Source of the DNA: Octopus sinensis
Taxonomy: Eukaryota
Length of the DNA stretch: 64,000 nt
Direction: 5' to 3'
Assembly: GCF_006345805.1 (NCBI RefSeq)
Contig: NC_043006.1
Location: 61,008,001-61,072,000, forward strand
A model generated the notes under the pieces. It saw only the letters and a program-made list of their open reading frames with translations, did not search any database and was not told the origin of the DNA. This document shows positions 37,959 through 50,261 of the stretch, piece after piece (within the stretch, counting starts at the first letter, position 1; every line of letters starts with the position of its first letter). The translations under genes and the position numbers were made by a program.

Positions 37959-40871
37959 TATATATATATTATATATATATATATATATCAGTTCTCGACG
38001 GAAGAAAGAGAGGATTTGAACTCAGATCCTGTGTGAACTTGTAATTTGGAAGTGTTTTGTTGTGCTTATTTAGGAGTACAACAAAGCAGCTTGAAAAAAA
38101 TGAGTCGCAGTTACTCCTTATATCTACAGGTCTTCATCTGCGTCATTTATCTTCATCTTCTACTTAAGAAGCCAACGTTGGGATAACCTTGGCTAGTGAC
38201 ATTGAATAGTATTAGTGCAGACCCTCTTAATAAGTAGTCATAATTCTCGAGGCCACTAAATTTATATTTCGTGAGTGCGGTATTGCTTTAGTCATTATCT
38301 TTAAACGCATCTAATCGTTATGTTATATATATTTTATTCATCAAATCTTTATGTTATATATGCATTGTAATAATGGATAACGATTGTGAGATAACACTAC
38401 TTGTGGTTGACAGTTGTATGAGTGTGCTTTCACTGCCCACTCAATGCAATTTATAGTGTCGGCATATATGTTTCTTGAGAACTTGCTGAATCGGTGTATA
38501 TTTACATGTGGCGTCTATCATGTTCACGGCGTTAATGATAATATACACGTTTGTGTCCTTGCTTCTCGTTTGGAGTATGTGTCACATATAAAGGAAGCGT
38601 AGTATATGAAGCCGACAAATTTCAAGACTGAAGCTAGAGGTGAGAGAAGCTGAATGTGAAATAGTTGTGTTTAATTGCACTAAAGAAAAATTAACCAGTT
38701 TAGCAGGCAATTCTTTCTTAAAACCTTTAAGTTTCATCGATTTCTGGTGATGAGAACGGATCCTACGTATGAGAGAATTATGGGATTGAAAATAATAATT
38801 ATTTCATATTTAGTTACTAGTCCAACAGTTTTGTGGGGAAGAGGTCATTTGATTACGGGGTCTCCAATATTTCAGTGGCTCTATAATATATACATCAGTA
38901 AATGATGTAAGGCAAATTTGAGTTCAGTATCTAAAGAGCTAGAATTTATTCCGATAGTATTTTGTTTAACGATTTTAAATTAGGTTGCAGTGCAAATTCG
39001 AGGTGACAATATTCATCGCCAATTTCAAGTGAATTTCATGTATGAGAAAAAACTAAATCTATTAGACATAGCAACGGTATGCCTATTTAGTATTCAGTTG
39101 AGAGCGGAAGATGTCATTGCTCTTCCTTTGAAATAAAAATAAAAATATTCAACAAAATATTTAGTGTTTTAATGTCTTGAAATGTAGACTGGCATATAAT
39201 AACGCACACTTTAAATAATCACGTTTGGCGATAAAATTTATTTAGAGCAAGCGCAATATATCCTTTGTTAACATTCGAATAGTATTATATATCAAGTGTC
39301 TCAATACATACTTATTTTGTTGTGTTAATATGAAGGCATTTGTTCTGAATTCTAATGTCACAAATAGAAAACTTATCTATTCTTTGAATGGGAAATATTT
39401 ATAGAATATCACAGTTCCATTTCATAATTAATCTTTTGATCTACATACAATCACCCACATATACAATGTATACCTCCCACTGAAAATTAAAATGGTTTTT
39501 TTTTATGTTTGTACGTATGAATTCACAGATATATATGACTTTCCCAATATGAGAAAATTATTTTTCAGTTTTATATAAAAGAACGTATTTCCATTCCATT
39601 GTTCCCGCCAGGTCGCATTGTATATTAACACTTATTTCTGGCTATTATTTTTTAATACGGCAAGACGATAGATTTATTTGTAAATACAATATTTGATAAT
39701 GTGTTCCGCAGGATACACTAAGGTAAATATGTTCATAATGTCTCTATATGTTATATTTTAAAGTTATTCGATTCGTTTATATCATCAATTTCACGTTTTC
39801 TGTGAAATAATTCGAGTAGCAATAGCAGCCTAATTTCAAAAGTTAAAAATAGAAACAGGTAGTTTGCGCATTTGCAGCAAATTATGGAAGCTTTAATATT
39901 TAAGTTGTCCTAAACCATTATATATTAATTTATAGTTTTGTAACTAATAAAATTTTAATAAAGATTATTTACCTCATTCATTATTGTTCAAATTGGTGGA
40001 TATTAGTTGTAATATGACAATTTAAGTGTGGCATTAGTCGCGGTGAGAGTATCAATACAATAGAAAGCAGAGGTATATAAATATTAGATTTCATATGATT
40101 TTGATAAGCGAACTGTTCGTAAAATGGCCATAAGAAGAGATTTTTATTGTTTGATAATGGGAAATAAAAGCAACAGGACATCTCCGAAAGATTTCTAATG
40201 AAACCCAAGTAAAGTTAATTGAATATTTGAATATTATATATCGGGATGCAAATATATATTGTACACAAAACATACATATACCCGCACGCACACACACAGA
40301 CACACACACAGACACATGCACATAAACACATGTATATATAAATATATGTGTGCTTGTATGTGAGTGTGAGTGGGTGCCTATGTTACATGTGTATGTATGC
40401 ATGTATGTATATACGATTGCGTGGTTGTATGTAGGCATATAGACCGTTGATCTCTTTCTTACATCAAAGCCATTTTTGTGTAACTGGGCGCAAGTATGTA
40501 AACAGACACACATAGACACAGAAATACACACGTGCACACACATACTCACATACACACCCATATATATGACTGTGAATGGGCAGTGACAGTTCAATTCATG
40601 TTACAATTGTTTCAATAACTGTGTAATGCATTCAGAATTGATATATTACGCAATCTAAGACGACAGGGCATTCGTTCGAGCAATCTGATCTATTGTAGAG
40701 CAACATCCTCTTAATCTATTATATTTCTGCACACCACTACTTGCATAACTAATGTTGCTGCTGAGATTGGCTTACCGTAGTATCTGATGTCGTTACACAA
40801 AAATGACAAGGCTATTGAATCTTGTGATTGGGTGGTTAAATGAGAATATTAATAAATTAGTATTCCTATGG

Positions 40872-41073
40872 CTGCAAGCTGGCAGAATTGCCACCAGGCC
40901 GAACAAAATCCTAGCAGAATTACGTTTTGAATTCAAATTCACGGAGGTCTACTTGGCATACACATTTCGAAGTTGATGGGGTCAATTAAATAACCCGTTG
41001 AGAACTGGGGGCGAGGAAATTCACTCTCCCACTCACCACAATTGTAAGTCATATGCCTATAGTAGAAATAATT
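40872..41073 (+). mobile_element. Old diverged SINE copy
   Basis: GCAAGCTGGCAGAATTG head, GAATTCAAATTC, GAGGTCTACTTGGC and a ...TGCCTATAGTAGAAATA tail. Confidence 0.6.
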
Positions 41074-41170
41074 TATAAGTATTCCTCGCTAACCAACTAC
41101 ATACGTGGACCGACAGAGCAAATAGGTGAAGATCTAAGCAAAATGATAATACATACACATACACCATACA

Positions 41171-41203
<33 letters not shown>

Positions 41204-41234
41204 CTGCATGAATGTATGTATGTATGTATGTATG

Positions 41235-41284
<50 letters not shown>

Positions 41285-42357
41285 TGTGAGGTCACTCTTG
41301 AGTGCTACTGGCAATATGTTATCTAATATTGCCTGTTGCATGGTCGGGTCGCTAATATATTTGAAGAAATTATAGTAACATTAGAGTTTACATTTTGACA
41401 ATAAAGCAAGTTATGATCAAGTTAATTTCAATGTTGAAAGGAAATTGTTGCCTTTTATATGAACCACCCTACGCCTTATGAAAAATAACATTCCTATAAC
41501 AACTATTCCTTTAGTTGTACGTAAGGTTAAGTAAAGCGATGGGATACCTCTTTTCTTTTATCCCTATTATGTTATATTTCTCAGATATTTAAATAAATTA
41601 TTTCCGAAATTTCTCATCACGCGTCATCGATTCTCAGAATCTCCCTTTTTTGTAAGCGTCAATTGACACAGTTTCATATGAACACCTCAATAATGCTTAT
41701 CAATCATTCTCTCGATAATTTATGAAAAAATCATAACTACATCTGACAAACATGAGGAAATATCCATAAAGTCTAAAAACTAAGTCTTGAAAACAATAGA
41801 GACAGTTACTCGAAACTCCAAGAGCCCGTACCTAAATAGACTCTATTTTCCATTACATTTGTGTTTGATAAATAATTTAGAGGTGAAGAATATGCATTAT
41901 ATCAAGAATGTGTTTTGTGGCAATTATTTTTAAATAGGATATAATAAACAAACATATACAGTTATGAACAATTATATAAAAGTGGAATTTCTCTGAAAAT
42001 GCATTTTATCAATTATTTTTCAATATAATTTCAGTAATTATTTTACAAAATGGTATTTTAGAAGAATTTTCCAGTACTTAAAAATAATCAAGTATGTCTA
42101 AAAAAGACAAATGAAAAAAAAGTTAGAAATTAAAAAAAAAAAAGAGACTGCAACTTAATGATTGAAAGAATCAAGAAAATTGTTTTGAAAACAAGTCCGG
42201 GTATATAGATTATAATTGCTGCTGATTTCAGAAAATTGAGCTGATAATATTGTTTTTATTCCTTTGTATTCTCATTGTATCAATGCTGCTGGGGAAATTG
42301 GATATACTTACTTACATTTTCTGTAAAAGTTTATTATCATTATTACCATTATTATTG

Positions 42358-42405
<48 letters not shown>

Positions 42406-42414
42406 TATTATTAT

Positions 42415-42446
<32 letters not shown>

Positions 42447-42844
42447 AATCATTTCTATGAATTTTTAATCACTCCAAATTGTTCAGTATATCATAAAACA
42501 AAGATATTGATGAATATAATCACCTTCATCATCATTATCATCATCATCATCATCATCATCGTTTAACGTCCGCCTTCCATGGTAGCATGGCAGGGACGGA
42601 CGCTCACACACATACACACGCACAAATATGCGCACACACATCTACAAGTGATTTAAACGTAATCGGTTAGAATATTTTCGTTTTCTTGATGTCCTGTATC
42701 CATATATGAATGTGTATATACATATATATGTAGGTATGTACATATATGTATGAATATATGCATATATTTATATATTATTTATATTATCATATGATCGAAC
42801 GCCATGCATCCATTTCCAAGTAAGTTTTATACATACATATATAT

Positions 42845-45800
42845 TGTATTGGCATCCTTTCTGTCTCGGGAGACAATGGAGTTGCGCATGTTTTTTTTTT
42901 TTTGTAGTCTAGTCCGGCTTTTATATTTCATGTCCTGATACATTTCCTGCTGTGGCTGTGTAGTCCTATCCTGGACAAACACTCCCTCTGGCAGGTACCG
43001 CAAATGTAGCGAAGACTGTTCCTGGCTGGTTGTAGTGCCATAGTCTCTTGTTTACGTCTCTTCCTTTCTTTCCATTTCTCCTCTCTCTCTCTGTCACTCC
43101 TTTGTATTCCCTCTTTTACTGTACGTCGCCATTTTCCACGGTTGCCGGCAACTGCCTCCCAACCGCTAATATTGATGTTGCAGGCCTTCATATCCCTTTT
43201 GCAAACATCCCTGTAACGTAAGATCGGTCTACCCACAGACCTAGTACCCCTAGCAAGCTCTCCGTAGAGTATGTCCTTGGGGATTCTGCCATCTTTCATA
43301 CGGCTAACATGCCCAAGCCATCTCATACGTCTTTGTGTGAGGAGTGCAAACATGCTTGGTATTCCTGCTTGCCCGAGGACATCTTTGTTGGGGGTATGAT
43401 TCTGCCATTTGATGCGGAGGATTTTTCGGAGGTAGCGCAGGTGAAATATGTTTAGGCGACGCTCTTGGCGTGTGTATAGCGTCCAGGTCTCGCTTCTATA
43501 CAGTAGAGTGCTGAGTACACATGCCTGGTAGATCTTCATTTTCGTGGTCTTGGTCAGCTTATTGTTGTCCCAAGCCCGTTTGGAGAGTTGGGCCATCGCA
43601 GCAGCTGCCTTGCCAATGCGTATATTGAGCTCAGCGTCAAGGGATAGGTTGTAGGTGACGGTAGAGCCCAGATAGGTAAACTTCTCCATCTCTTGTAATC
43701 TGTGGTCTCCAATATGTATGTTTGGGATGTCCGATGTAGCCTGGCCCATGATGTTGGTCTTCTTAAGGCTGATAGCTAAGCCAAAATCGTTACATGCTTG
43801 CTCAAAACAGTTAATGAGCCTTTGGAGGGCTTCTTCTGTGTGTGTTACCAGAGCGGCATCATCAGCAAATAACATCTCCTTGATCAGGACGTTTCTGATT
43901 TTGGTCTTGGCACGAGAGATTGAACATTTTCCCGTCACTTCTACTGTGCAGAAACACTCCATCAACTGATGTCTGAAAGGCATGTGAAAGTAAGAGTGAG
44001 AAGAAGATGCCAAACAATGTAGGAGCGAGGACACAGCCTTGCTTTACCCTGTTTTTTATTTGGAAGGCGGCTGATGTTGAACCGTTGTGCTGTATGGTGC
44101 CTTGCATGTCATCATGGAAAGACTTGATGATCCTCAGCAGCTTTGGTGGACATCCGATTTTTTGGAGCAGGAGGAAGAGGCCTGTTCTGCTTACCGAGTC
44201 AAAAGCCTTTGTTAGATCAATGAAGGCCATATATAATGGCATTTTCTGCTCCCTGGACTTCTCCTGAAGTTGGCGTATGGAGAATATAATATCGATAGTT
44301 GATCTGCTTCTTCTAAAGCCACACTGCGATTCCGGATAGATTCGAGAAGCAAGTAGTTGTAGCCTGGCCAGGATAACGCGGACAAAGGTCTTTCCAACAG
44401 TGCTTAGAAGGGATATACCACGGTAATTGTTACAATCACCACGGTCACCTTTGTTTTTGTAAAGCGTAATGATGTTGGCATCCCGCATATCCTGAGGGAC
44501 TGTACCCTCTTCCCAGCACTGACACAGAAGCTCATGAAGGTGCCGAAGCAGGATGGTGTTTTTGCCGGCTTTGATGATCTCTGAGGGGATGCCGTCTTTT
44601 CCCGGAGCCTTATTTCTTGCTAGGGAGTCAACAGCCTTGGTGAGCTCTGCTATAGATGGCGGACTGTCAAGTTCGCACATGACTGGCAAGATCTTGACAC
44701 TCTCGACTGCAGCCTCAGCCACTGTGGTCTCCCGTGAGTAGAGATCCTGGTAGTGCTCCACCCATCTATACATTTGCTTGCCTTGATCCCTGATGAGATC
44801 TCCAGTAGTTGATTTCAGAGGGGCTGACTTGGTTGCGAATGGACCGAGAGCCTTCTTCAAACCGGCATACATCCCACGGGTGTCGCCCCTGTCAGCAGCT
44901 GACTGGATACTCTGACAGATTTCCTGCCAATACCTATTTGCACAGCGTCTGGCTGTCAGTTGGGTTTTATTTCGTGCCTTTCTGAGTTCTTCGAGTGACT
45001 TTGTAGAAGAGTCACTCTTGTATTGCACCAGAGCTCCACGCTTTGCTTCGATAACTGGCTCCAGCTCTGAGAGCCCACCATTGAACCAATCTCTTATGCC
45101 GAAAGTATCCAATGATGTCGTATACAAGGCTTCCCTGATATAGTCCCACCTACTTTCAGCAGAGGTGGTTGGGCAGCTACTGAGGGCAACCGTGATAGAA
45201 GCAGCAAAACATTTTCGCAGTGTAGGGTCCGAGGTTCTGGCGGTGTTAATGCGTGGTCGGCCCACTTTCTTGGAGCGATGGACTTTTTTAGGCAGAATCC
45301 TCACCCTGCTTCTAATTAGTGAGTGGTCTGTGTCACAATCCGCGCTGTGGTAACTGCGGGTCAATAGAGTAGAATTCAGAAAGGATCTCCGTGTAATGAT
45401 GAGATCCAGCTGATGCCAGTGGTGAGATCTTGGATGTTTCCAGGATGCTTTGTGCGATGGCTTGTTGGTAAAGAATGTGTTTATGATGCACAGGTTGTGG
45501 TATGTGCAGAATTCGAGTAGTCTCTGAACATTGTCATTCATGTTGCCAATACCAAAGTGTCCAACACAAATGGGCCACGAATCATGGTCAGATCCCACGC
45601 GAGCGTTAAAATCCCCTAGAAGGTAGATATTTTCAGTCGTTGGTATATTTTCTATGACACAGTTGAAATCTTTGTAGAACTGGTCCTTGGTCTCCTCTGA
45701 GCTGTAGAGAGTGGGAGCATAGATGCTGAGTAGATGTACTGAGCCAGAAGAAGTCGAGAGGCGCAGTGAGAGGATACGCTCAGTGCCTCCTGATGGTGAT

Positions 45801-46720
45801 TCTATTGAGGAGAGTAGTGAGTTTCTCACTGCAAAGCCAACGCCATGTTGACGAGGTTCTTCTGGATCTCTTCCCTGCCAAAAGAAGGTGAAGTCCTGCT
45901 CTTTGAGTTTGCCGTTTGAGGGAAGTCTTGTCTTCTGCAGCCCAGCAATATCTATGTTGAGCCTCTTTAGTTCACGGTCAGTGATGGCCGTTTTCCTTGT
46001 GTCTTCAATCCTGAGAAGATCATCAGATATTCCAGGACACATGGTCCTGACATTCCAGCTTGCCAACCGCAGAACTGGTGTTTTCTTGACTTTTAGTTGC
46101 TTGCCTGGTGCAGAGGTTGCAGGCCGCTTTTCGAGTCGTACTCTTGCTCCAAGCACCCAATGGAGCAGGCGACTTGTGGCGGGTCAGCACCTTATTAACT
46201 GGGGGCTGCCCAGCTTGAGGTGGGCAGTAGCTAACCAATAGGACACGGAAGTCCCTCCTCCCACCGTCAGAGGTAACCCGTAGCGCCCATATTTTACGCC
46301 AATCTGAATGGACTTATCACTCTTGACTGTTACCTCCCGTGTTGTTTCTGCAGCTTTTTACAGCAGCACTGAAGTGTCCTCTCCAGTTTTGCGCAGGCCT
46401 GGGCTATGGGTAAGAAAGTCCTGGGTAGCCCAATCGTCAGGTTTCCTCTCTCGACCTTGCTGATGTAGTCCAGTGGAGTGCAGTGCATTACGTTTGGCAC
46501 CAGCTTGGTTGCAGGAGCTGCCGAAAGAGTGTCGAGTCGAACACTAGACCGCCTTCGGGGCTCCACTCCGGATTTCTTTGAAGGTTGTCACCTCTCCGTA
46601 ACCCTGGATAGGGGCCCATTCCGGGTACTGTCAGCCGGAGCCAGCTGAGCCCGGAACTCGTGGCAGGCAGGGTCGTCACTCCTGAAGTAGTGAAGAAGTT
46701 CGCTACCCACTACCTTTTCA
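42845..46720 (-). mobile_element. RTE-clade (BovB-like) LINE, near full length
   Basis: APE + RT + C-terminal CGTCQRECLSRIGLHSH. The 3' end TGTCTCCCGAGACAGAAAGGATGCC plus a short repeat tail is typical of RTE. A GC-rich ~560-bp 5' UTR is present. No TSD found; the 5' boundary is approximate. Confidence 0.93.
42928..46156 (-). pseudogene. RTE endonuclease-reverse transcriptase, one frameshift at ~43915
   Basis: LASWNVRTM, GVGF, SIYAPT, LLGDFNARVG, HWHQLDLII, DTDHSL; KAPGKDGIP, YRGISLL, PESQCGFR, AFIDLTKAFDSV, VKQGCVLAPTLF. It then shifts frame (FNLS / RAKTK) to EMLFADD, FTYLGS, RRMRWLGHV. Confidence 0.93.
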
Positions 46721-46929
46721 AGTAATGTTAAATTATTATTAGGGTTTTTTTTGGTTTTTTTGCCTATGTTAATTTTCAACCACTAATATTCATCATCATC
46801 ATCAGCAGCAGCAGTTGTAGTAGCAGCAGCAATATCACTAGGAGGGAAGTTAAGAGAGGGTGGGAAGGGGAGAGAATAGAGAGATATCCGGTATTGGTGG
46901 TGGGGGTGGATTTGGGCGGTCGCACAGCG

Positions 46930-47061
46930 AACAGGTCAGTCGGAATTAAGGGACGACGGTCAGATAACGAAATTCTAAGAGGTTGTTAGCGATGAAACAG
47001 GTCAGTCGGAATTAAGGGACGATGGTCAGATAACGAAATTCTAAGAGGTTGTTAGTGATGA
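46930..47061. repeat. 66-bp two-copy tandem repeat
   Basis: AACAGGTCAGTCGGAATTAAGGGACGA(C/T)GGTCAGATAACGAAATTCTAAGAGGTTGTTAG(C/T)GATGA twice. Confidence 0.9.
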
Positions 47062-47180
47062 GATCATTTAAAACTGTCAGTACTGAAAACATTTAAGATA
47101 TCAGGAGCGGAGTAGAGAGGGAGAAGAAAGAGAAAAAAAAAGAAAAAAAGAGAAAAATATTCTTAGCCTTGCGTGTCGTC

Positions 47181-47226
<46 letters not shown>

Positions 47227-47270
47227 ATATATATATATACATATATATATATATTATATATATTATAGAT

Positions 47271-47339
<69 letters not shown>

Positions 47340-47831
47340 GTATATATATATATATATATGTAGTTAGTCAACAGGAGAGATTGAAAGTCGAACACACGTA
47401 ATCATCCTCAAATACTTTGAATTTACACTTCGAAGTCTTTATTGGGGACTAAGTCCGCTGGGTGTAATGGTTACAAGAGAGATCCATGTAGGTTGATATG
47501 GCATTAGTGATTCAGGTAAACACGCTTGGGCTTGATATATTAAATACAAATACATACATATACACATGTGAATATATATGTACAAATAAATATATTATAT
47601 ATACATACATACATACATAATATATATATATATATATAAGTAACACTAAGCAATAAAGGGTTTAGCAACGAATTGCCTTACCACATACCGAATTTAGAAA
47701 TAGCAGTCAAAGAGTTATAGCTATTTCTTCTACTAAAAAGGGAGATCTCAGTAAAGACAGCAATTGGAAGGCAGACACAAACAGGTAAGAGAGAATGAAT
47801 TGACGGCAATCTATCGTACATTTTTAAGTTA

Positions 47832-47937
47832 TCTACGGACGTACGTTTCGAAATCAAGTTTTTAGGAAAGCATAAGAATTAAATATAAATATTAAATAAT
47901 TCTATCTTACCGATACTTCTTTTCTCTTCAGCGTAGA
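47832..47937 (-). ncRNA. Type I hammerhead ribozyme with extended stem II, copy 1
   Basis: Minus strand: TCTACG-CTGAAGA-GAAA...(~75 nt)...TTTC-GAAA-C GTAC G-TC-CGTAGA. 6-bp stem I, palindromic ACGTACGT stem III, GUC cleavage between 47838 and 47837. Confidence 0.88.
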
Positions 47938-48426
47938 ATACTATAATCATAAATGATATATATTGAATTTTGAGATACTAGAAGGCACCAACTCAACTCA
48001 GTATCAGAGCGAGCTAGAATCCGCAACTAGTATCACCAACTCAATGTTGAATGAAACGATTGTGTCACCAGCCCCTTCCCACCCGCGTGTAGCCAAAACA
48101 AGATGCTGTGGTCATCTACTGAGATAAAATATGGTTATCCGTAATAATGAAGGGTGAAATTAATTAATTTGGAATAATTATCAATTACACCAAGTAGTCT
48201 TCGGCATGTAAAAGCCTCATTCGAGGAAAATTTAAGTAATACTAAGCAATAAAGGGTTTAGCAACGAATTGCCTTACCACATACCGAATTTAGAAATAGC
48301 AGTCAAAGAGTTATAGCTATTTCTTCTACTAAAAAGGGAGATCTCAGTAAGACAGCAATTGGAAGGCAGACACAAACAGGTAAGAGAGAATGAATTGACG
48401 GCAATCTATCATACATTTTTAAGTTA

Positions 48427-48533
48427 TCTACGGACGTACGTTTCGAAATCAAGTTTTTAGGAAAGCATAAGAATTAAATATTAAATATTAAATAATTCTA
48501 TCTTACCGAAACTTCTTTTCTCTTCAGCGTAGA
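48427..48533 (-). ncRNA. Type I hammerhead ribozyme with extended stem II, copy 2
   Basis: Same core. Stem II is GAAA/TTTC, a 2x2 loop, AAGTTT/AAACTT, then a further imperfect helix. Cleavage at 48433/48432. Confidence 0.9.
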
Positions 48534-49026
48534 ATACTATAATCATAAATGATTATATATTGAATTTTGAGATACTAGAAGGCACCAACTCAACTCAGTA
48601 TCAGAGCGAGCTAGAATCCGCAACTAGTATCACCAAACTCAATGTGTGAATGAAACGATTGTGTCACCAGCCCCTTCCCACCCGCGTGTAGCCAAAACAA
48701 GATGCTGTGGTCATCTACTGAGATAAAATATGGTTATCCGTAATAATGAAGGGTGAAATTAATTAATTTGGAATAATTATCAATTACACCAAGTAGTCTT
48801 CGGCATGTAAAAGCCTCATTCGAGGAAAATTTAAGTAATACTAAGCAATAAAGGGTTTAGCAACGAATTGCCTTACCACATACCGAATTTAGAAATAGCA
48901 GTCAAAGAGTTATAGCTATTTCTTCTACTAAAAAGGGAGATCTCAGTAAAGACAGCAATTGGAAGGCAGACACAAACAGGTAAGAGAGAATGAATTGACG
49001 GCAATCTATCATACATTTTTAAGTTA

Positions 49027-49133
49027 TCTACGGACGTACGTTTCGAAATCAAGTTTTTAGGAAAGCATAAGAATTAAATATTAAATATTAAATAATTCTA
49101 TCTTACCGAAACCTCTTTTCTCTTCAGCGTAGA
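49027..49133 (-). ncRNA. Type I hammerhead ribozyme with extended stem II, copy 3
   Basis: Same core; an A to G change in stem II is retained as a G.U pair. Cleavage at 49033/49032. Confidence 0.9.
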
Positions 49134-49394
49134 ATACTATAATCATAAATGATTATATATTGAATTTTGAGATACTAGAAGGCACCAACTCAACTCAGTA
49201 TCAGAGCGAGCTAGAATCCGCAACTAGTATCACCAAACTCAATGTGTGAATGAAACGATTGTGTCACCAGCCCCTTCCCACCCGCGTATTTATATATGGA
49301 AAGAGAGAGAGAGAAAGAAAGAGAGAAACAAAAAATATTCTGAAGATGAATACTCATGTATAAGCAGAGAGATATTTATAGTTCTATATTTAAG

Positions 49395-49564
49395 AGATGA
49401 GGAATTATGGACATTATTTACATTTGACGGATATATGTCCTCATCTTGGTTGTTGTTAACACATTTCAGCTGATATACCCTCCAGCCTTCATCAGGTCTC
49501 TTGGGGAAATTTCGAACCTGGGTTCTCATTCCTAATGTATTTTTCGATGTTATTATTTTTATTG

Positions 49565-49601
<37 letters not shown>

Positions 49602-50225
49602 GGTCACTGCCTGGAAAAAAACTCGGAATCTCGGTACTTTTGAATTTTAGGACTTATAAATCTAATATTCTCCTGTCCTTTCTTAATACCGGTTCCCATA
49701 TGCTGCTCATATCTGCACTCGGTCTGCTTAGGAGATTGCTGTGGCGTAGCATGTGTTGCTTCATTTAGTTTTCGTATTTTCCAGTGGAGTTCTCTGTCTA
49801 TTATTTTAACTTCATCTCTTAGTGGGAGGGGGTCTCCGTTTTTCCCTATATGATCAGCTATACCCGATTTATCAATATCTCCCCGTGTCACAGCTTTGCG
49901 ATGTTCCTCTACCCTTATTTTGAGGGGGCGGCATGTTTCGCCTTTCTATAACCTACCACATCTGCATGGGATGTATTACACGCAGTTCTTAGTCATATTC
50001 TCTTTATTGGTGGTTGTACTCGAAGGAGATATTTGCGAATTGTATTACTTTTGAATACTGTCCTGATGTCATATGAGCCGCATATCTTTTGTATCTTTTC
50101 GGAGAGGCCTTTCTCATAGGGTAGAGAGACTGTGGCCACTTTATCGGGTTTTTTCTCTTTTCTTCCTAATTGGAGTGGAGAGTATGCTTTTGGGGTAGTT
50201 ATTTATATTATGTATAGTTATTTGG
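49395..50225 (-). mobile_element. 5'-truncated degenerate Penelope-like element (GIY-YIG region + pLTR)
   Basis: Minus strand: VSLPYEKGLSEKIQKIC..IRTVFK...KNCV*YIPCRCGRL*KGETCRPLKIRVEEHRKAVTRGDIDKSGIADH (stops and frameshifts), followed by a pLTR with a hammerhead relic. Boundaries approximate. Confidence 0.85.
49458..49500 (-). ncRNA. Hammerhead relic lacking stem III
   Basis: GAGAC-CTGATGA-AGGCTG gagggtatat CAGCT-GAAA-T-GTGTT. The CGT seen in the intact family member at 60220-60265 is deleted. Confidence 0.7.
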
Positions 50226-50261
50226 GGTATATATATATATGTATGTGTATATATATATATA

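Larger units (their letters stand above)
47638..49287 (-). repeat. ~2.75-copy tandem array of ~600-bp hammerhead-bearing unit (retrozyme-like / multimerised pLTR)
   Basis: The marker ACTAAGCAATAAAGGG recurs at 47645, 48241 and 48840. There is one hammerhead per unit and no long ORF. The left end abuts (TA)n. Confidence 0.92.

Noticed and set aside
46160-46720. HDV-like or hammerhead ribozyme in the RTE 5' UTR (CTGACGA near 46440; GAC-TTCCGT-GTC loop)
   Set aside because: Hairpins exist, but I could not close the nested double pseudoknot (no P2/J4-2 fit). No GAAA follows the stem after CTGACGA.
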